From Sphyrna mokarran (Eukaryota): 64,000 nucleotides of DNA. The stretch lies in NCBI GenBank assembly GCA_024679065.1, contig JAGIQG010000001.1, positions 144,460,001 to 144,524,000 of the forward strand, read 5' to 3'. Below, in pieces: positions 1 to 12,132 of the stretch. The notes under the pieces were generated by a model. That model made no database searches. It saw nothing but the letters and a program-made list of their open reading frames with translations, and was not told the DNA's origin. The position numbers were made by a program, and so were the translations under genes. Within the stretch, counting starts at the first letter, position 1, and every line of letters starts with the position of its first letter.

Positions 1-129
1 TCCCACTAAGTTTCTTATTGGCATACTCATCCTGGTTGGTCACTGAGTTCCTAAAAATTGACCAGTCCACTAACTCGAAACAGTCCAGTAGAAAATGATC
101 CAATTTCCCCAGACCAACATTGTACAACT

Positions 130-1030
130 TCCTTTCAGATTCTCCTGCTTCAGTTTTTGTTTGTAAGCTGGAAGCAAGAGTGCATCCTTGTGGTCTGATT
201 TGCCAAAGTGTGGGCAGGTGATCGAGCAGTCAGCATGTTTGATATTGTGTAGCAGTTCTCCAGGATATTTGGGCCTCTCGTGGAACCCTTCTGCATCCTT
301 ACCACCCTCAGTGCTTCCTCCAAGTGCTGTTCAATGTGGAGGAATACTGAATCATCAGCCAAGGTGGCGGGGGGGTTGGAAACGGTACATGGTAAACATA
401 GTTTCTTGCCCATGTTTGACCTGAAGTCGTGAGTTTTCATGGGATGGAGATATCTTGGTGGGACACTTCTGTGCTTGGCCTGGTTGAATGATCAAGACTA
501 TTTGTGTCTCAAGGCTATTTGTGGTGTGTATGCTTTGTCCTGTGTGGTTTTCATGTCTGTATTGGGTGGAATGTAAACTGCGGTCAGGGTAACGGAGGTG
601 AACTCCCACAGAAGATGGTGGGGTGACATTTTGGCGTCAGGTATTCTAGGCCTGGGAAGCAGAAACATGCCAATGCTGTCACTTCTGACCATCAAGAGAT
701 GGTGATTAGAAGGCAGACCCCTATCTCCCCTGGCTTTGCCTGAGGCCACTGTACGGTCCATTACCTGGATTGAGAAGGCCTTTCTCCAATTGCTATTCAA
801 CATGGAAGATTGCTGATTCATCAGCTGAGGGGAGGGGGGGTGGTGATGATATTCATGGTTTCCTTGCCAATGTTTGACCTGAAGCCATGAGATTTCCTAT
901 GATCTGGTGTCAATGTTAAGGGCTCCCAGGGCAATTCCCTCCCTACTGTACGCCATTATGCCACCGCCAAATCTGTTGGGTCTGCCCTGCCAGTGAGACA
1001 GGGCATATCCAGGGATGGTGATGGTGCAAA
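130..1030 (-). mobile_element. Degenerate LINE endonuclease (APE) fragments (Rex1-like plus an older CR1-clade family)
   Basis: Minus-strand peptides WEFTSVTLTAVYIPP (Rex1-like APE) and TIPGYALSHWQGRPNRFGGGIMAYSREG (APE-like). Confidence 0.6.
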
Positions 1031-1331
1031 AATCCACCACTTTATCAAGAGCAATTAAGGATGAGCAATAAGGCTTGGTCTGGGTATCGATGCTCAAAAT
1101 TTTAAAAAATGGTGAGACTGCAGGAAGACATAGGTCTTTTCCTGGCACACTCCCACATTATAATGTCAGTCCTCCCACTCCCCCAAGCTTATTATTTAGT
1201 GATAGGAAAATTCCACCCTAATATTCTATTGCAGTCACAATGTGAACCCAGTTCAAATGTTGTATTACACTTAGTGTAAACCCTATTCGAATATTGTGCT
1301 GTGTTCATCAAGTCCCTCTTCAAATATTGTG

Positions 1332-4242
1332 CTGCACTCAGTCTAATCCCCATTCCAATCTTGTACTGCACTCAGTCTAATCCCCATTCCAATCTTGTAC
1401 TACACTCAGTCTAATCCCCATTCCAATCTTGTACTGCACTCAGTCTAATCCCCATTCCAATCTTGTACTGCACTCAGTCTAATCCCCATTCCAATCTTGT
1501 ACTGCACTCAGTCTAATCCCCATTCCAATCTTGTACTGCGCTCAGTCTAATCCCCATTCCAAACTTGTACTGCACTCAGTCTAATCCCCATTCAATCTTG
1601 CACTGCACTCAGTCTAATCCCCATTCCAATCTTGTACTGCACTCAGTCTAATCCCCATTCCAAACTTGTACTGCACTCAGTCTAATCCCCATTCCAATCT
1701 TGTACTGCACTCAGTCTAATCCCCATTCCAATCTTGTACTGCACTCAGTCTAATCCCCGTTCCAATCTGATGTTGCACTCACTCTAATCTCCATTCAATC
1801 CTGTATTACACTCAGTCTAATGCCCATTCCAATCTTGTACTGCACTCAGTCTAATCCCCATTCCAAGCTTGTACTGCACTCAGTCTAATCCCCATTCCAA
1901 GCTTGTACTGCACTCAGTCTAATCCCCATTCCAATCTTGTACTGCACTCAGTCTAATCCCCATTCCAATCTTGTACTGCACTCAGTCTAATCCCCATTCC
2001 AATCTTGTACTGCACTCAGTCTAATCCCCATTCCAATCTTGTACTGCACTCAGTCTAATCCCCGTTCCAATCTGATGTTGCACTCACTCTAATCTCCATT
2101 CAATCCTGTATTACACTCAGTCTAATGCCCATTCCAATCTTGTACTGCACTCAGTCTAATCCCCATTCCAAGCTTGTACTGCACTCAGTCTAATCCCCAT
2201 TCCAATCTTGTACTGCACTCAGTCTAATGCCCATTCCAATCTTGTACTGCACTCAGTCTAATCCCCATTCCAAGCTTGTACTGCGCTCAGTCTAATCCCC
2301 ATTCCAATCTTGTACTGCACTCAGTCTAATCCCCATTCCAATCTTGACTGCACTCAGTCTAATCCCCATTCCAACTTGTACTGCCTCAGTCTAATCCCCA
2401 TTCCAATCTTGTACTGCACTCAGTCTAATCCCCATTCCAATCTTGTACTGCACTCAGTCTAATCCCCATTCCAATCTTGTACTGCACTCAGTCTAATCCC
2501 CATTCCAATCTTGTACTGCACTCAGTCTAATCCCCATTCCAATCACCCCCACCCTTGTACTGCACTCAGTCTAATCCCCGTTCCAATCTGATGTTGCACT
2601 CACTCTAATCTCCATTCAATCCTGTATTACACTCAGTCTAATGCCCATTCCAATCTTGTACTGCACTCAGTCTAATCCCCATTCCAAGCTTGTACTGCAC
2701 TCAGTCTAATCCCCATTCCAATCTTGTACTGCACTCAGTCTAATCCCCATTCCAATCTTGTACTGCACTCAGTCTAATCCCCATTCCAAGCTTGTACTGC
2801 GCTCAGTCTAATCCCCATTCCAATCTTGTACTGCACTCAGTCTAATCCCCATTCCAATCTTGTACTGCACTCAGTCTAATCCCCATTCCAATCTTGTACT
2901 GCACTCAGTCTAATCCCCATTCCAATCTTGTACTGCACTCAGTCTAATCCCCATTCCAATCTTGTACTGCACTCAGTCTAATCCCCATTCCAATCTTGTA
3001 CTGCACTCAGTCTAATCCCCATTCCAATCTTGTACTGCACTCAGTCTAATCCCCATTCCAAACTTGTACTGCACTCAGTCTAATCCCCATTCCAATCTTG
3101 TACTGCACTCAGTCTAATCCCCATTCCAATCTTGTACTGCACTCAGTCTAATCCCCATTCCAATCTTGTACTGCCCTCAGTCTAATCCCCATTCCAATCT
3201 TGTACTGCACTCAGTCTAATCCCATTCCAATCTTGTACTGCACTCAGTCTAATCCCCATTCCAATCTTGTACTGCACTCAGTCTAATTCCCATTCCAATC
3301 TTGTACTGCACTCAGTCTAATCCCCATTCCAATCTGTACTGCACTCAGTCTAATCCCCATTCCACTTGTACTGCACTCAGTCTAATCCCCATTCCAATCT
3401 TGTACTGCACTCAGTCTAATTCCCATTCCAATCTTGTACTGCACTCAGTCTAATCCCATTCCAACTTGTACTCACTCTCACCCACCAAAGTCTATCCCCA
3501 TTCCAATCTTGTACTGCGCTCAGTCTATCCCCATCCAATCTTGTACTGCACTCAGTCTAATCCCCATTCCAAGCTTGTATTACACTCAGTCTAATCCCCA
3601 TTTCAATCTTGTACTGCAACTCAGTCTTATCCCCATTCAAGCTTGTACTGCACTCAGTCTAATCCCCATTCCAATCTTGTACTGCACTCAGTCTTATCCC
3701 CATTCAAGCTTGTACTACGCTCAGTCTAATCCCCATTCCAATCTTGTACTGCACTCAGTCTAATCCCCATTCCAATCTTGTACTGCACCCAGTCTAATCC
3801 CTATTCAAGCTTGTACTACGCTCAGTCTAATCCCCATTCCAATCTTGTAACTGCGCTCAGTCTAATCCCCATTCCAATCTTGTACTGCACTCAGTCTAAT
3901 CCCCATTCCAATCTTGTACTGCACTCAGTCTAATTCCCATTCCAATCTTGTACTGCACTCAGTCTAATCCCCATTCCAATCTTGTACTGCACTCAGTCTA
4001 ATCCCCATTCCAATCTTGTACTGCACTCAGTCTAATCCCCATTCCAATCTTGTACTGCACTCAGTCTAATCCCCATTCCAAGCTTGTACTATGCTCAGTC
4101 TAATCCCCATTCCAATCTTGTACTGCACTCAGTCTAACCCCCATTCCAATCTTGTACTGCACTCAGTCTAATCCCCATTCCAAGCTTGTACTGCACTCAG
4201 TCTAATCCCCATTCCAATCTTGTACTACGCTCAGTCTAATCC
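1332..4242 (+). repeat. 34-bp minisatellite, roughly 85 copies
   Basis: Unit CTGCACTCAGTCTAATCCCCATTCCAATCTTGTA in tandem, period 34 (1332 to 1366), no unique spacers. Confidence 0.97.
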
Positions 4243-4975
4243 TGATTTGAGGCTAGTACTTCAGTGCTTTAGTCAATGGGGTGGTGTGGAGAGGGGAGGC
4301 GTCACGGGAAGTGTAAATTGCTCAACTTGCCTAAATTTGCTTTCCCTCCAAAAAATTGCCTGGTAAAACCTACAATGATAGTTATATTATAATGTCTTGT
4401 TCAAGCTGCTGTCATTCTCCACTCATGTAACTTTCTTACCTCAGAACATTCCTGAAAGTTTTCCCTTCAGCTTTATCATCCTTGTTAGGGTATCTGTTAC
4501 CCCAAGGTATAGTACAGGAAATGCAATAACTCTGACAATTATTGTGTTTCAAAAGCTCAATAGTTTAACCTCCAATCACTTCCTCTACCACTAACGCAGC
4601 TGATTTACGCAATAATATTTCTGTACAAAGGAGATTGAGCAAAAGATTCAGTACGTCTCCTGCCAAACACTTTTTTAGTAAAAAGCTAAGTATACATTTG
4701 TGATTTAAATGTGACAAAAGGTGCTGATTAATTTAAATAAGCATTGGAGAACATCATAGGTTGCAAAAATGCAACAAGTGATATGGAGGGTAAAAGCTAT
4801 GGAGGGATTTGAAAAGAAGGAAGAGGATTGGAAAACCTGAGAGGTTGTGGTAATATTCTACAAGTGAGGCAAAAACAGACCTCACATTCACAGCCTCCCT
4901 CTCAGAAAAAAATTGTGTGGATAGGGTAGATACAGCACCTGTGAAGAAATATTATGGGGAGGCAATGTAATGTCA

Positions 4976-5681
4976 TTTGATTTGATTTATTATTGTCACA
5001 TTCGTATACAGCAACAAGTATTGTTTCTTGTGTGCTAAAGTGACAAAGCATACCGTTCATTGAGAAGGAAAGAAGAGAGTGAGGAAAGTAGTGTTACAGT
5101 CATAGCTAGGGTATAGACAAAGAACAACTTAGTGCCAGATAGGTTCATTCAAAAGTCTGATAGTAGCAGGGGAGATCTGTTTTTGAGTTAGTTGGTAGAT
5201 GTTCTCAGATTTTTGTATCTTCTTCCCAACAGAATTAGGTAGAAGAGATTAGATGGGGTGCACGGGGCCCTCAATTATGCTGGCTGCTTTTCCAAAGCAG
5301 TAGGAAGTATAGACAGTGTTGATGGATGAGCGGCTAGTTTGAGTAATGGACTGGGGTTTGTTTATGATCCTTTGTAGTTTTTTGTAATCTTAGACAGAGC
5401 ATGAGCTGTGATACAACCAGAAAGAATGTTTTCTATGGTGCATCTATAAAGATTGGTGGGAGTTGTAGCAGACATGCCAAACTTTATTCACAAAGTAGAG
5501 GGGTTGGTGGGCTTTCTTAACTATAGTGTCGGTATGGAGGGACCAGGTCAGGTTGTTGGTGATCTGGGCACCTAAAAACTTGAAACTCTCAACCATTTCC
5601 ACTTCGTCCCCATTGATGTTGAAAGGACATGCCCTCCACTATACTTCCTGAATTCAATAACTATCTTCTTCATTTTGTTAA
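4976..5681 (-). mobile_element. Rex1/Babar-like LINE 3' fragment inserted into a tRNA SINE
   Basis: Homologous to 62041-62560; minus strand reads like ..FKFLGAQITNNLTWSLHTDTIVKKAHQP..; short-repeat tail at 4976-4995. Confidence 0.65.
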
Positions 5682-5963
5682 CATCACTACATTATTAATC
5701 CAGAAACTTAGCTGGGGACTTGGATTTAAGGAATTTGAATTCAACAAACAATATGTGCAATTCCATTGCCGATTGCCAGACAAATCCATCTGATTCACTA
5801 ATGTGCCATATGGAAGAAAAACTGGTGTCCTCATATGATCTGGCTTACATGTGACTCAAAAGCCACAGCAATGTGGTTAATTTTCAGCTATCCTCAGCCA
5901 ACTGAAGTTGGGCAATAAATGCTGGCCAGCCTGCAATAATCATGTTTTATGGATGAATAAAAA
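5682..5963 (+). mobile_element. tRNA-derived SINE, family B (head split off by the Rex1 insertion at ~4975)
   Basis: Similar to 18784-19120 and 55853-56175; tail gggcaataaatgctggccagcc...atgaataaaaaa. Confidence 0.65.
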
Positions 5964-6084
5964 AATCTCCAACAATTTTTGCACCAACGTCAGTAATTGT
6001 GACCAGGCCATTCTTGTCCACAGGAAGAATGAATTTTGTTTCACCAGTGAGCCACTTTTCATGTCTCTGAGTTTCCATAAAAAC

Positions 6085-6410
6085 CCTACAGTGCAGAAGG
6101 AGGCCATTCAGCCCATCAAGTCTGCATCGACCACAATCCCACCCAGGCCCTACCCCGATATCCCAACATATTTACGCACTAATCTACCTAACCTACACCT
6201 CTCAGGATAATAAGGGGCAATTTAGTATGACCAATCAATCTAACCCGCACATCTTTGGACTGTGGGAGGAAACTGGAGCACCCAGAGAAAACCCACGCAG
6301 ACACGAGGAGAATGTGCAAACTCCACACAGACAGTGACCCAAACTGGGAATTGAACCCAGGTCCTGGAGCTGTGAAGCAGCAGTGCTAACCACTGTGCCA
6401 ACTTGCCTCC
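6085..6410 (-). mobile_element. HE1/V-SINE-like tRNA SINE
   Basis: Minus strand: A box tggcacagtggttagcac, B box gggttcaattccc, core gtgtggagtttgcacattctcc...tttcctcccacagtccaaagatgtg, CR1-like 3' tail. Confidence 0.85.
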
Positions 6411-6479
6411 TTTGAGGATCATTTATTGCGTGGAAAAGGCACAGCCTTTCAAAAAGCCTCAGAGTCTCAGGCAGCAAGA

Positions 6480-8090
6480 AATTGGATGAGGCCTTTTAAA
6501 ATGTAGAATGGGTAATTCCAGAAACAACCTGGGAATGATCTTGTCATATACTGTTGTAGTTGGGAGTATTTGTTGCCCATCACTAATGTCCTTGAGCAGG
6601 GTGGTGAGTTTTCTTCTTGAACAGCAGTGGTCAGTGAAGTGTATATTGACAATGCTATTACTGAGGAGTTTCAGAATTGTGACCCAGCCACAGTGAAGGA
6701 ACGGCGACATTGTTCCAAGTCAGGATGGTGTGTACAAAAACAAAAAGTCTCAAGGGGTCTGTGGAGCGAGAATAGAGCCAACATCTCTGCAGAAATGCTG
6801 TCAGATCTGCTAAGATTTTCCAGCATTTTTTATTTTTGTTTCAGATTCCAGCATCCACTGCATTGTGCTATTATCAGGATGGTAGATACCTCTGGGGAAT
6901 TTTGAAGATGGTAATGTTCCCATACATCTGCTGCTCTGATCCATCTAGGTAGTAGAGTTAGGGATTTAGAAGGAATTGGTGAGTTGCTGCAATGCATCTT
7001 GTAGATGTTGCTACTGTTCATTGGTGATAGAGGGAATGGATGTTAAAAGTGGTGGATGGGATGCCAATTAAGCAGGTTGCTTTGTCCTCGATAGTGTTGA
7101 GCTTCTGGAGTGCTGTTAGAACTGCACTCAGAGGCAAGTGGAGAGTTTTCCATCACAGTCCTGTCTTGTGACAGGCTTTGGGCAGTCAGGAGAGAGTTAC
7201 TCACCTCAGGACGCTCAGCCCCTGACTTGCTCTGGTAGCCTTGATGGCTGTTCAGTTTCTAGTTAATGGTAACTCCTATTATATCAATTGAATATCAATG
7301 CCATCGAATGTCAAGGTGAGATGGTTAAATTCTCTCTTTTTGAAAATGGTCATTGCTTGACACTTCTGTGACACAAATGTGACTTGCCACTTATCAGCTT
7401 GAATGATGCCCAGGATGATCATGGACTTTTTTCCCTATCTGAGAAGTAGAAACTGTTGTTGAACATTGTGCAGTCATCAGTTAACATTCCCACTCCTGAT
7501 CTTATCATGGAGATAAGGTCATTAATGAAATCTCTGAAGGTAATTGAGCGTAAGGCACAACCCTGAGAAGTCCCACACTAATGACCTGGAATTCAGACAA
7601 TTAATCTTTAACAACCACTGTCACCTTCCATAGTGTGAGGTATGACCCCAATCAGCAGAAAGCTACCCTGCCCTTTCATTGACTTAACTTTTGCTAGGAC
7701 TCTTTGATGCCTCATTCAGTTAATTGCTGTCTTGATGTCAAAGTCTGTCACTCTTGCCTCTCTTCTTGAATTCAGCTCTTTTGTCCATATTTGGATCATG
7801 AGGTCAGGGTCTGACTGATTCTGACGGAAGCCAACATGAACATCACTGAGTAGATTATTGCTATGTAAGTGTCACTTGATAGCTTTGTTGACAAAGCTTT
7901 CCATCACTTTGTTGATGATCATGAGGTGGGTGTTGCTGGTTAGCCAAATTACATTTGTCCTAGTTTTGGAGAGGTACCCAGGCAATTTTCCACACTGTCA
8001 GGTGGATGCCCATGCTGGAGCTGTATTGCAATAGCTCGGCTGGGGGCTTTGTTAGTTTTAGAGCACAAGAATTTAGTATGACTACCAGTA
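6480..8090 (-). mobile_element. Old degenerate LINE RT region (CR1 clade, older family)
   Basis: Colinear with 49360-49845 plus 52490-53350; decayed RT motifs; interrupted by a short repeat at ~6735-6875. Confidence 0.65.
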
Positions 8091-8429
8091 ACAGAAATCA
8101 CTGCATGGCTATCCACTGATTGGCAATTGAGCTACTTAAGGATTCAACTTCCCTTCAATGCCAGAATTTTACTGAAGTCAGGAAGGCCTGCTGCTTGTGT
8201 GGGGAGACCATCAGGTAAATCCAGGGGAGGACCAATCATGACCCTTAGAAAAAACACCAATAGCAATAGCCACCAATGAAATGGAGTCATGCCCTTGGAA
8301 TATGCCTCCCCCTCCCCTAACTAACTCATGACTAAGGCCATCCTGCCCTGACTTCCTCAAAGCAACTGGACATTGAAGCATCCACTCTTCCTGCTGTTGC
8401 CTTAGCAATGGCCACTAGTAGTGACCACA

Positions 8430-8813
8430 GGAAGAGTCTGACAACATCACATTTAAATCCAACCAATTTATTTGATTGTAAATTCACAAACTTTCGATCC
8501 TCTGGCCTTTGTCAAGTGAATGAGGTGTTATGGTCTCAAACAGCACACATAACAGCACAGACTCTTTACAGACTACTGATTAGAATGCGAATCTTTACAC
8601 CTAACCTGCCTTTCAAGTCTTAAAGTGGCCAACAATGTGAGTGGAAGGAGCACTGAACACAGGTTAAAGAGATATGTATTGTCTCCAGACAGCACAGTAA
8701 GTGAGGCTTTTTTGCTAACCCAGGCAAGTCATGTAAACCCAGACAAGTAATCTGTAAAGAGCCTGTGCTGTTATGTGTGCTGTTGGAGACCAGAACACCT
8801 CATTCACCTGACA
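8430..8813. mobile_element. Penelope-like remnant with 63-bp inverted repeat
   Basis: 8510-8572 is the reverse complement of 8751-8813 with 4 mismatches; related fragments at ~15583-15650 and ~30765-30810. Confidence 0.55.
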
Positions 8814-9213
8814 TAACATAACAATTGACTAATGTACAAATAGCATATGTTAAAGTTGTGTACTCCGATCATGGTGGCAGTAGATCCCTGACAGGCCTCA
8901 ACATCTGACACTCATTCAAAACAACCAATACACCTGTAATCAAAAACAAAGGCTAGCCTGTAGACAGATTGATCTCTGGTTTCATCTATTTTTCCTCCTA
9001 TTTCAATAATTTAATCACTTATATTTCCACAATGTTACCTATTGTCTGAGTAAAAGCATGTCCCTAATAATGAACCTATGGCTGATTTTAAATAAAGCCA
9101 CTTCAAACCTTTTGCTCATATTCAATACTGAGCTGGGCACAGAGACTTAAATATGGATCTGGAACTGATTAAGGCACTCAACAGCAAAAACCTTTTTTCT
9201 AAACCAGTTTAAG

Positions 9214-9363
9214 TGATTCAGTTTATTCTTTTTACACGTGCTTTGTCATAGTTACATAATCTGTGGCAGAGCATGCTAGTGACAATTGCTGCAGTTTAAC
9301 CACAGCCTTGTCCCAGCCGACATCAACTTTCATTAATGATTCACAGTATGCAGACTATAAATA
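9214..9363 (+). promoter_or_regulatory. Putative CXCL8-like proximal promoter (TATA box, AP-1-like and C/EBP-like sites)
   Basis: TATAAATA at 9356-9363, 80 nt before the ATG; TGATTCA (AP-1-like) at 9214-9220 and 9337-9343; TTACATAA (C/EBP/PAR-bZIP-like) at 9252-9259; E-box CACGTG at 9235-9240. Confidence 0.6.
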
Positions 9364-9442
9364 CAGATGTTGAGTTGTATGTATCAGACTGTAACTTGTT
9401 ACAACAATAAGAGGGTAAAAAATATTGTACAAACAAATCACA

Positions 9443-9506
9443 ATGAACACCAAGGTTACCCTCTTCTGCCTTACTCTCTTTGTACTTTATATGGCTTCGA
9501 TACAAG
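9443..9506 (+). CDS. CXCL8: CXCL8-like exon 1 (signal peptide)
   Basis: ATG at 9443, MNTKVTLFCLTLFVLYMASIQ, donor CAAG|gtaaga, phase 1. Confidence 0.9.
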
Positions 9507-12132
9507 GTAAGAAAAGAATAAAATCCACAATTGAACGTTATTTATGCAGAATCTAGAGTTGTATTTACAATGTACATGTAAGTAAGATTTCTCCTAAAGT
9601 TCTTGTGATAGAATTGCTATTGCAATTATTCATTGGTACCTTTTATCATGCATATTAAGTAAAGACAGGAGAAGACTTACAGTAATCTGCATACTTGATT
9701 AGCTTTTATTAGCTCAAGAAAAGTAAATTTCAGTGTGTGGTAATGGACTAAAGACAACTGATAATGCCAGAAATATAAAAATAAAATTTCAGCCCAAATA
9801 AGAGTACACCTGAGGAAGAAAATTAAACTCTGCTTTCCATTTATACCGCTGCATCAATTGGAAGGTCAGGAACGAGTCTCCTCTGTCAGTGTACCAAAAC
9901 ATCTTCCAAATTCATTCACCCAAGGTTCATGAAGAATATTGACATTATTCCAAGTGGCCTCCACTGTGAAAATGTGGAAATTATGTAAGTGTTTATCACA
10001 GAATATTTATGGATTCTACTTCTTATAGATATGATATTTGAGTATTGTTTTTCATATGAGAATTCTTTATAATCAGAATAGTTTTTTAATCAAATAGTAC
10101 AAAATGGGATTGTTTAAAATGCCCCAGGAGGATAAGTGACTGGATCTTTAACATTTCAAATAAAAACTTCACTTAGTGTGAAATAAACTACTGAAAAGGC
10201 CATATTAATAAAGTTTGCTTTGGACTGAACTAGAATGTACACTTTGTTGGTAGGGATTTGGGCCACTTAACTAAACCCTGAAAATTAGCAGGTTCAAGTG
10301 TAAAAAACCTCCATGTGTGTGAGGCATATTACTCATATTTAACCATCTAAATCTTTGCAACTTAGCAACAGAGAATCAGAATATAAGCTGCTAGTGGGTA
10401 ACTAAAACCATTCTACTTATTTTGGCTCGCAGAGTTAACTGGAGTCAAATGAGAAGTTCAGCTCCGCGGGAGGGGGTGCACAGGTTTGCCTCCCTGTAAC
10501 CTATCAGTGAGCCAGACTGACTTATTGTTAATGAACAGCATTCTGGAGTTCTATAGCTCTGCCTGACTCAAGTGTTGGGTTATGGATTCTGCCAAGAAAG
10601 GATCAATCTCTCCATGACAGGTATGTTGTGTTGCAACAACTGTGACAGTGAAGAGAGCTCACTTGGCTGTTTTCCCCAATGGTCTTTTATTGATCATTAG
10701 GTCTTTGTTAGGGTATGGGTTTGAACCCTTAGTCAGAAGGAAGCACTTGTCAGGAGCCCCTTGTGACTAGTAAGTGAGCAATACAACTCATAATAAAAGA
10801 TAAATCCATTGTCACTAGCTTCCTGCTCACATCTTGGAAGCATGTCATACTCCATTGCAGGATCTTTTTGTCAGACTTGGTAACCTAAGGCAGGCAGGTC
10901 AGCATTATTTCATCAGTTAAAATCCATAGTTTCAACACCAATACATTAATTCCTTGCAAACTAATCAAAAGGGGCACCAAATATATCAGCAATATTTACA
11001 TTCCCTTCTTCTTCCCAGCCACTGTTGATTGAAAATATCAAGTTTGTTCATCGACTGTTTGCTTTTCAGCATGATTAGAGTACCTATGCACAACAGTTTA
11101 CAACATGCCAACCATCTAAATTGCTACCCATATCAAATCCAATGCTGTAGGTTGTCAACTATCTAAAACAAGTCCCCATAAACAGGGATTGCAAACAGAA
11201 AGACCAGGATTTCATTACCTTCCCAGGGTGCTGGCTTTCCTTTCCTGTAATTTATCTCCCGTTCAATCACAATCTCACTTCTCAGGTACATCATGGACCT
11301 TATCCATGGAATTAAGAGCTTCCTTCTGAAAGTGCACAAGGAAGCAGGAAGGATGTGTAGAATTAAGAATATTAACAGCATTTTTTTTTTTAACTGTCCA
11401 ACTAATGGAAAGTCAATTTGAAACAAATATTTTTTTTTTCACTTCTTTAGTGCCACTCTTCAGAGCAGTAATCGAGTTTGTCTGGATCCCGAATCCCTCT
11501 GGGTAAAAAAAATTATTGACAGGATAATCAGTCAGTAAGTTCCTACTTCTATGCAAAGCCAAAGAATAAGAATCCATATTTGCATGTCATCTTGTGCAGA
11601 TTGTTCTGAAATCATAAATAGCAGGCAAATGTAGAACCGTCTTAAACCAGTATTTCGTATTTATTTATTTACCATTTATTCCAGTTTGTATTCAGTTACA
11701 TTGAACAGTCCTCAGTCAGTTATGGTATGCTTAGACATAGCTCAAGGCATGAACGCCTTCAAAGCATCTTATGTAACTTACAAGAAGACAATACCATCTG
11801 GCTGGCAGTTAAAGTCATCTGTTAGAAAATATATGGGAAACATTCAGTAATCCCACAGTGGGAGGCATGTTTGAAGAGCATAAGGGTAGGAGTTAGGGGC
11901 TAAACCTTGTGCTGCTCATCCTGTTTGAGTGCACAGGATGGGAGTGTAATACTGTGGGATTTAGGTCAATGTTCTGATGGGTTTATAAAGACTAAAACTT
12001 CACATCACTCCTTTTGGATCTAAAAACTATCACATTCTTATGGAAATAACAATAAATCACAACTGTCTTCTTTTTTACATACTCTACAGTTCCAAGAAGA
12101 CTAATGAAGATAAACTCACTGTGAAATTCTGA
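9443..12132 (+). CDS. CXCL8: CXC chemokine, interleukin-8/CXCL8-like; join(9443..9506,9849..9984,11451..11534,12090..12132), 108 aa
   Basis: Spliced translation: MNTKVTLFCLTLFVLYMASIQAASIGRSGTSLLCQCTKTSSKFIHPRFMKNIDIIPSGLHCENVEIIATLQSSNRVCLDPESLWVKKIIDRIISHSKKTNEDKLTVKF*. Signal peptide, CQC motif, (P)SGxHC-xNVEII and VCLDP..WVKKII are CXCL8-family motifs. Exon 1-3 CDS sizes of 64/136/84 nt and phases 1,2,2 match mammalian CXCL8. All splice sites are GT-AG except the intron-1 acceptor (CG at 9847-9848). Orthology versus paralogy is not established. Confidence 0.9.
9849..9984 (+). CDS. CXCL8: CXCL8-like exon 2 (CXC motif)
   Basis: (A)ASIGRSGTSLLCQCTKTSSKFIHPRFMKNIDIIPSGLHCENVEI; donor AT|gtaagt. 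The 5' boundary is uncertain: ttataccg| at 9848, or the in-frame cag| at 9869. Confidence 0.85.
11451..11534 (+). CDS. CXCL8: CXCL8-like exon 3
   Basis: Acceptor ttttttcacttctttag|; (I)ATLQSSNRVCLDPESLWVKKIIDRIIS; donor CA|gtaagt; 84 nt. Confidence 0.92.
12090..12132 (+). CDS. CXCL8: CXCL8-like exon 4 (coding part)
   Basis: Acceptor ttcttttttacatactctacag|; (H)SKKTNEDKLTVKF*; phase compatible with exon 3. Confidence 0.8.

Noticed and set aside
2545-2555. Odd C-rich insertions in the satellite (also ~3477-3490)
   Set aside because: Most likely read or consensus noise within a tandem array.
1332-4242. 34-bp repeats resembling a CRISPR array; ORF 3434..3763
   Set aside because: Units are head-to-tail with no unique spacers, there are no cas genes and the context is eukaryotic; the ORF is a translation of the satellite.
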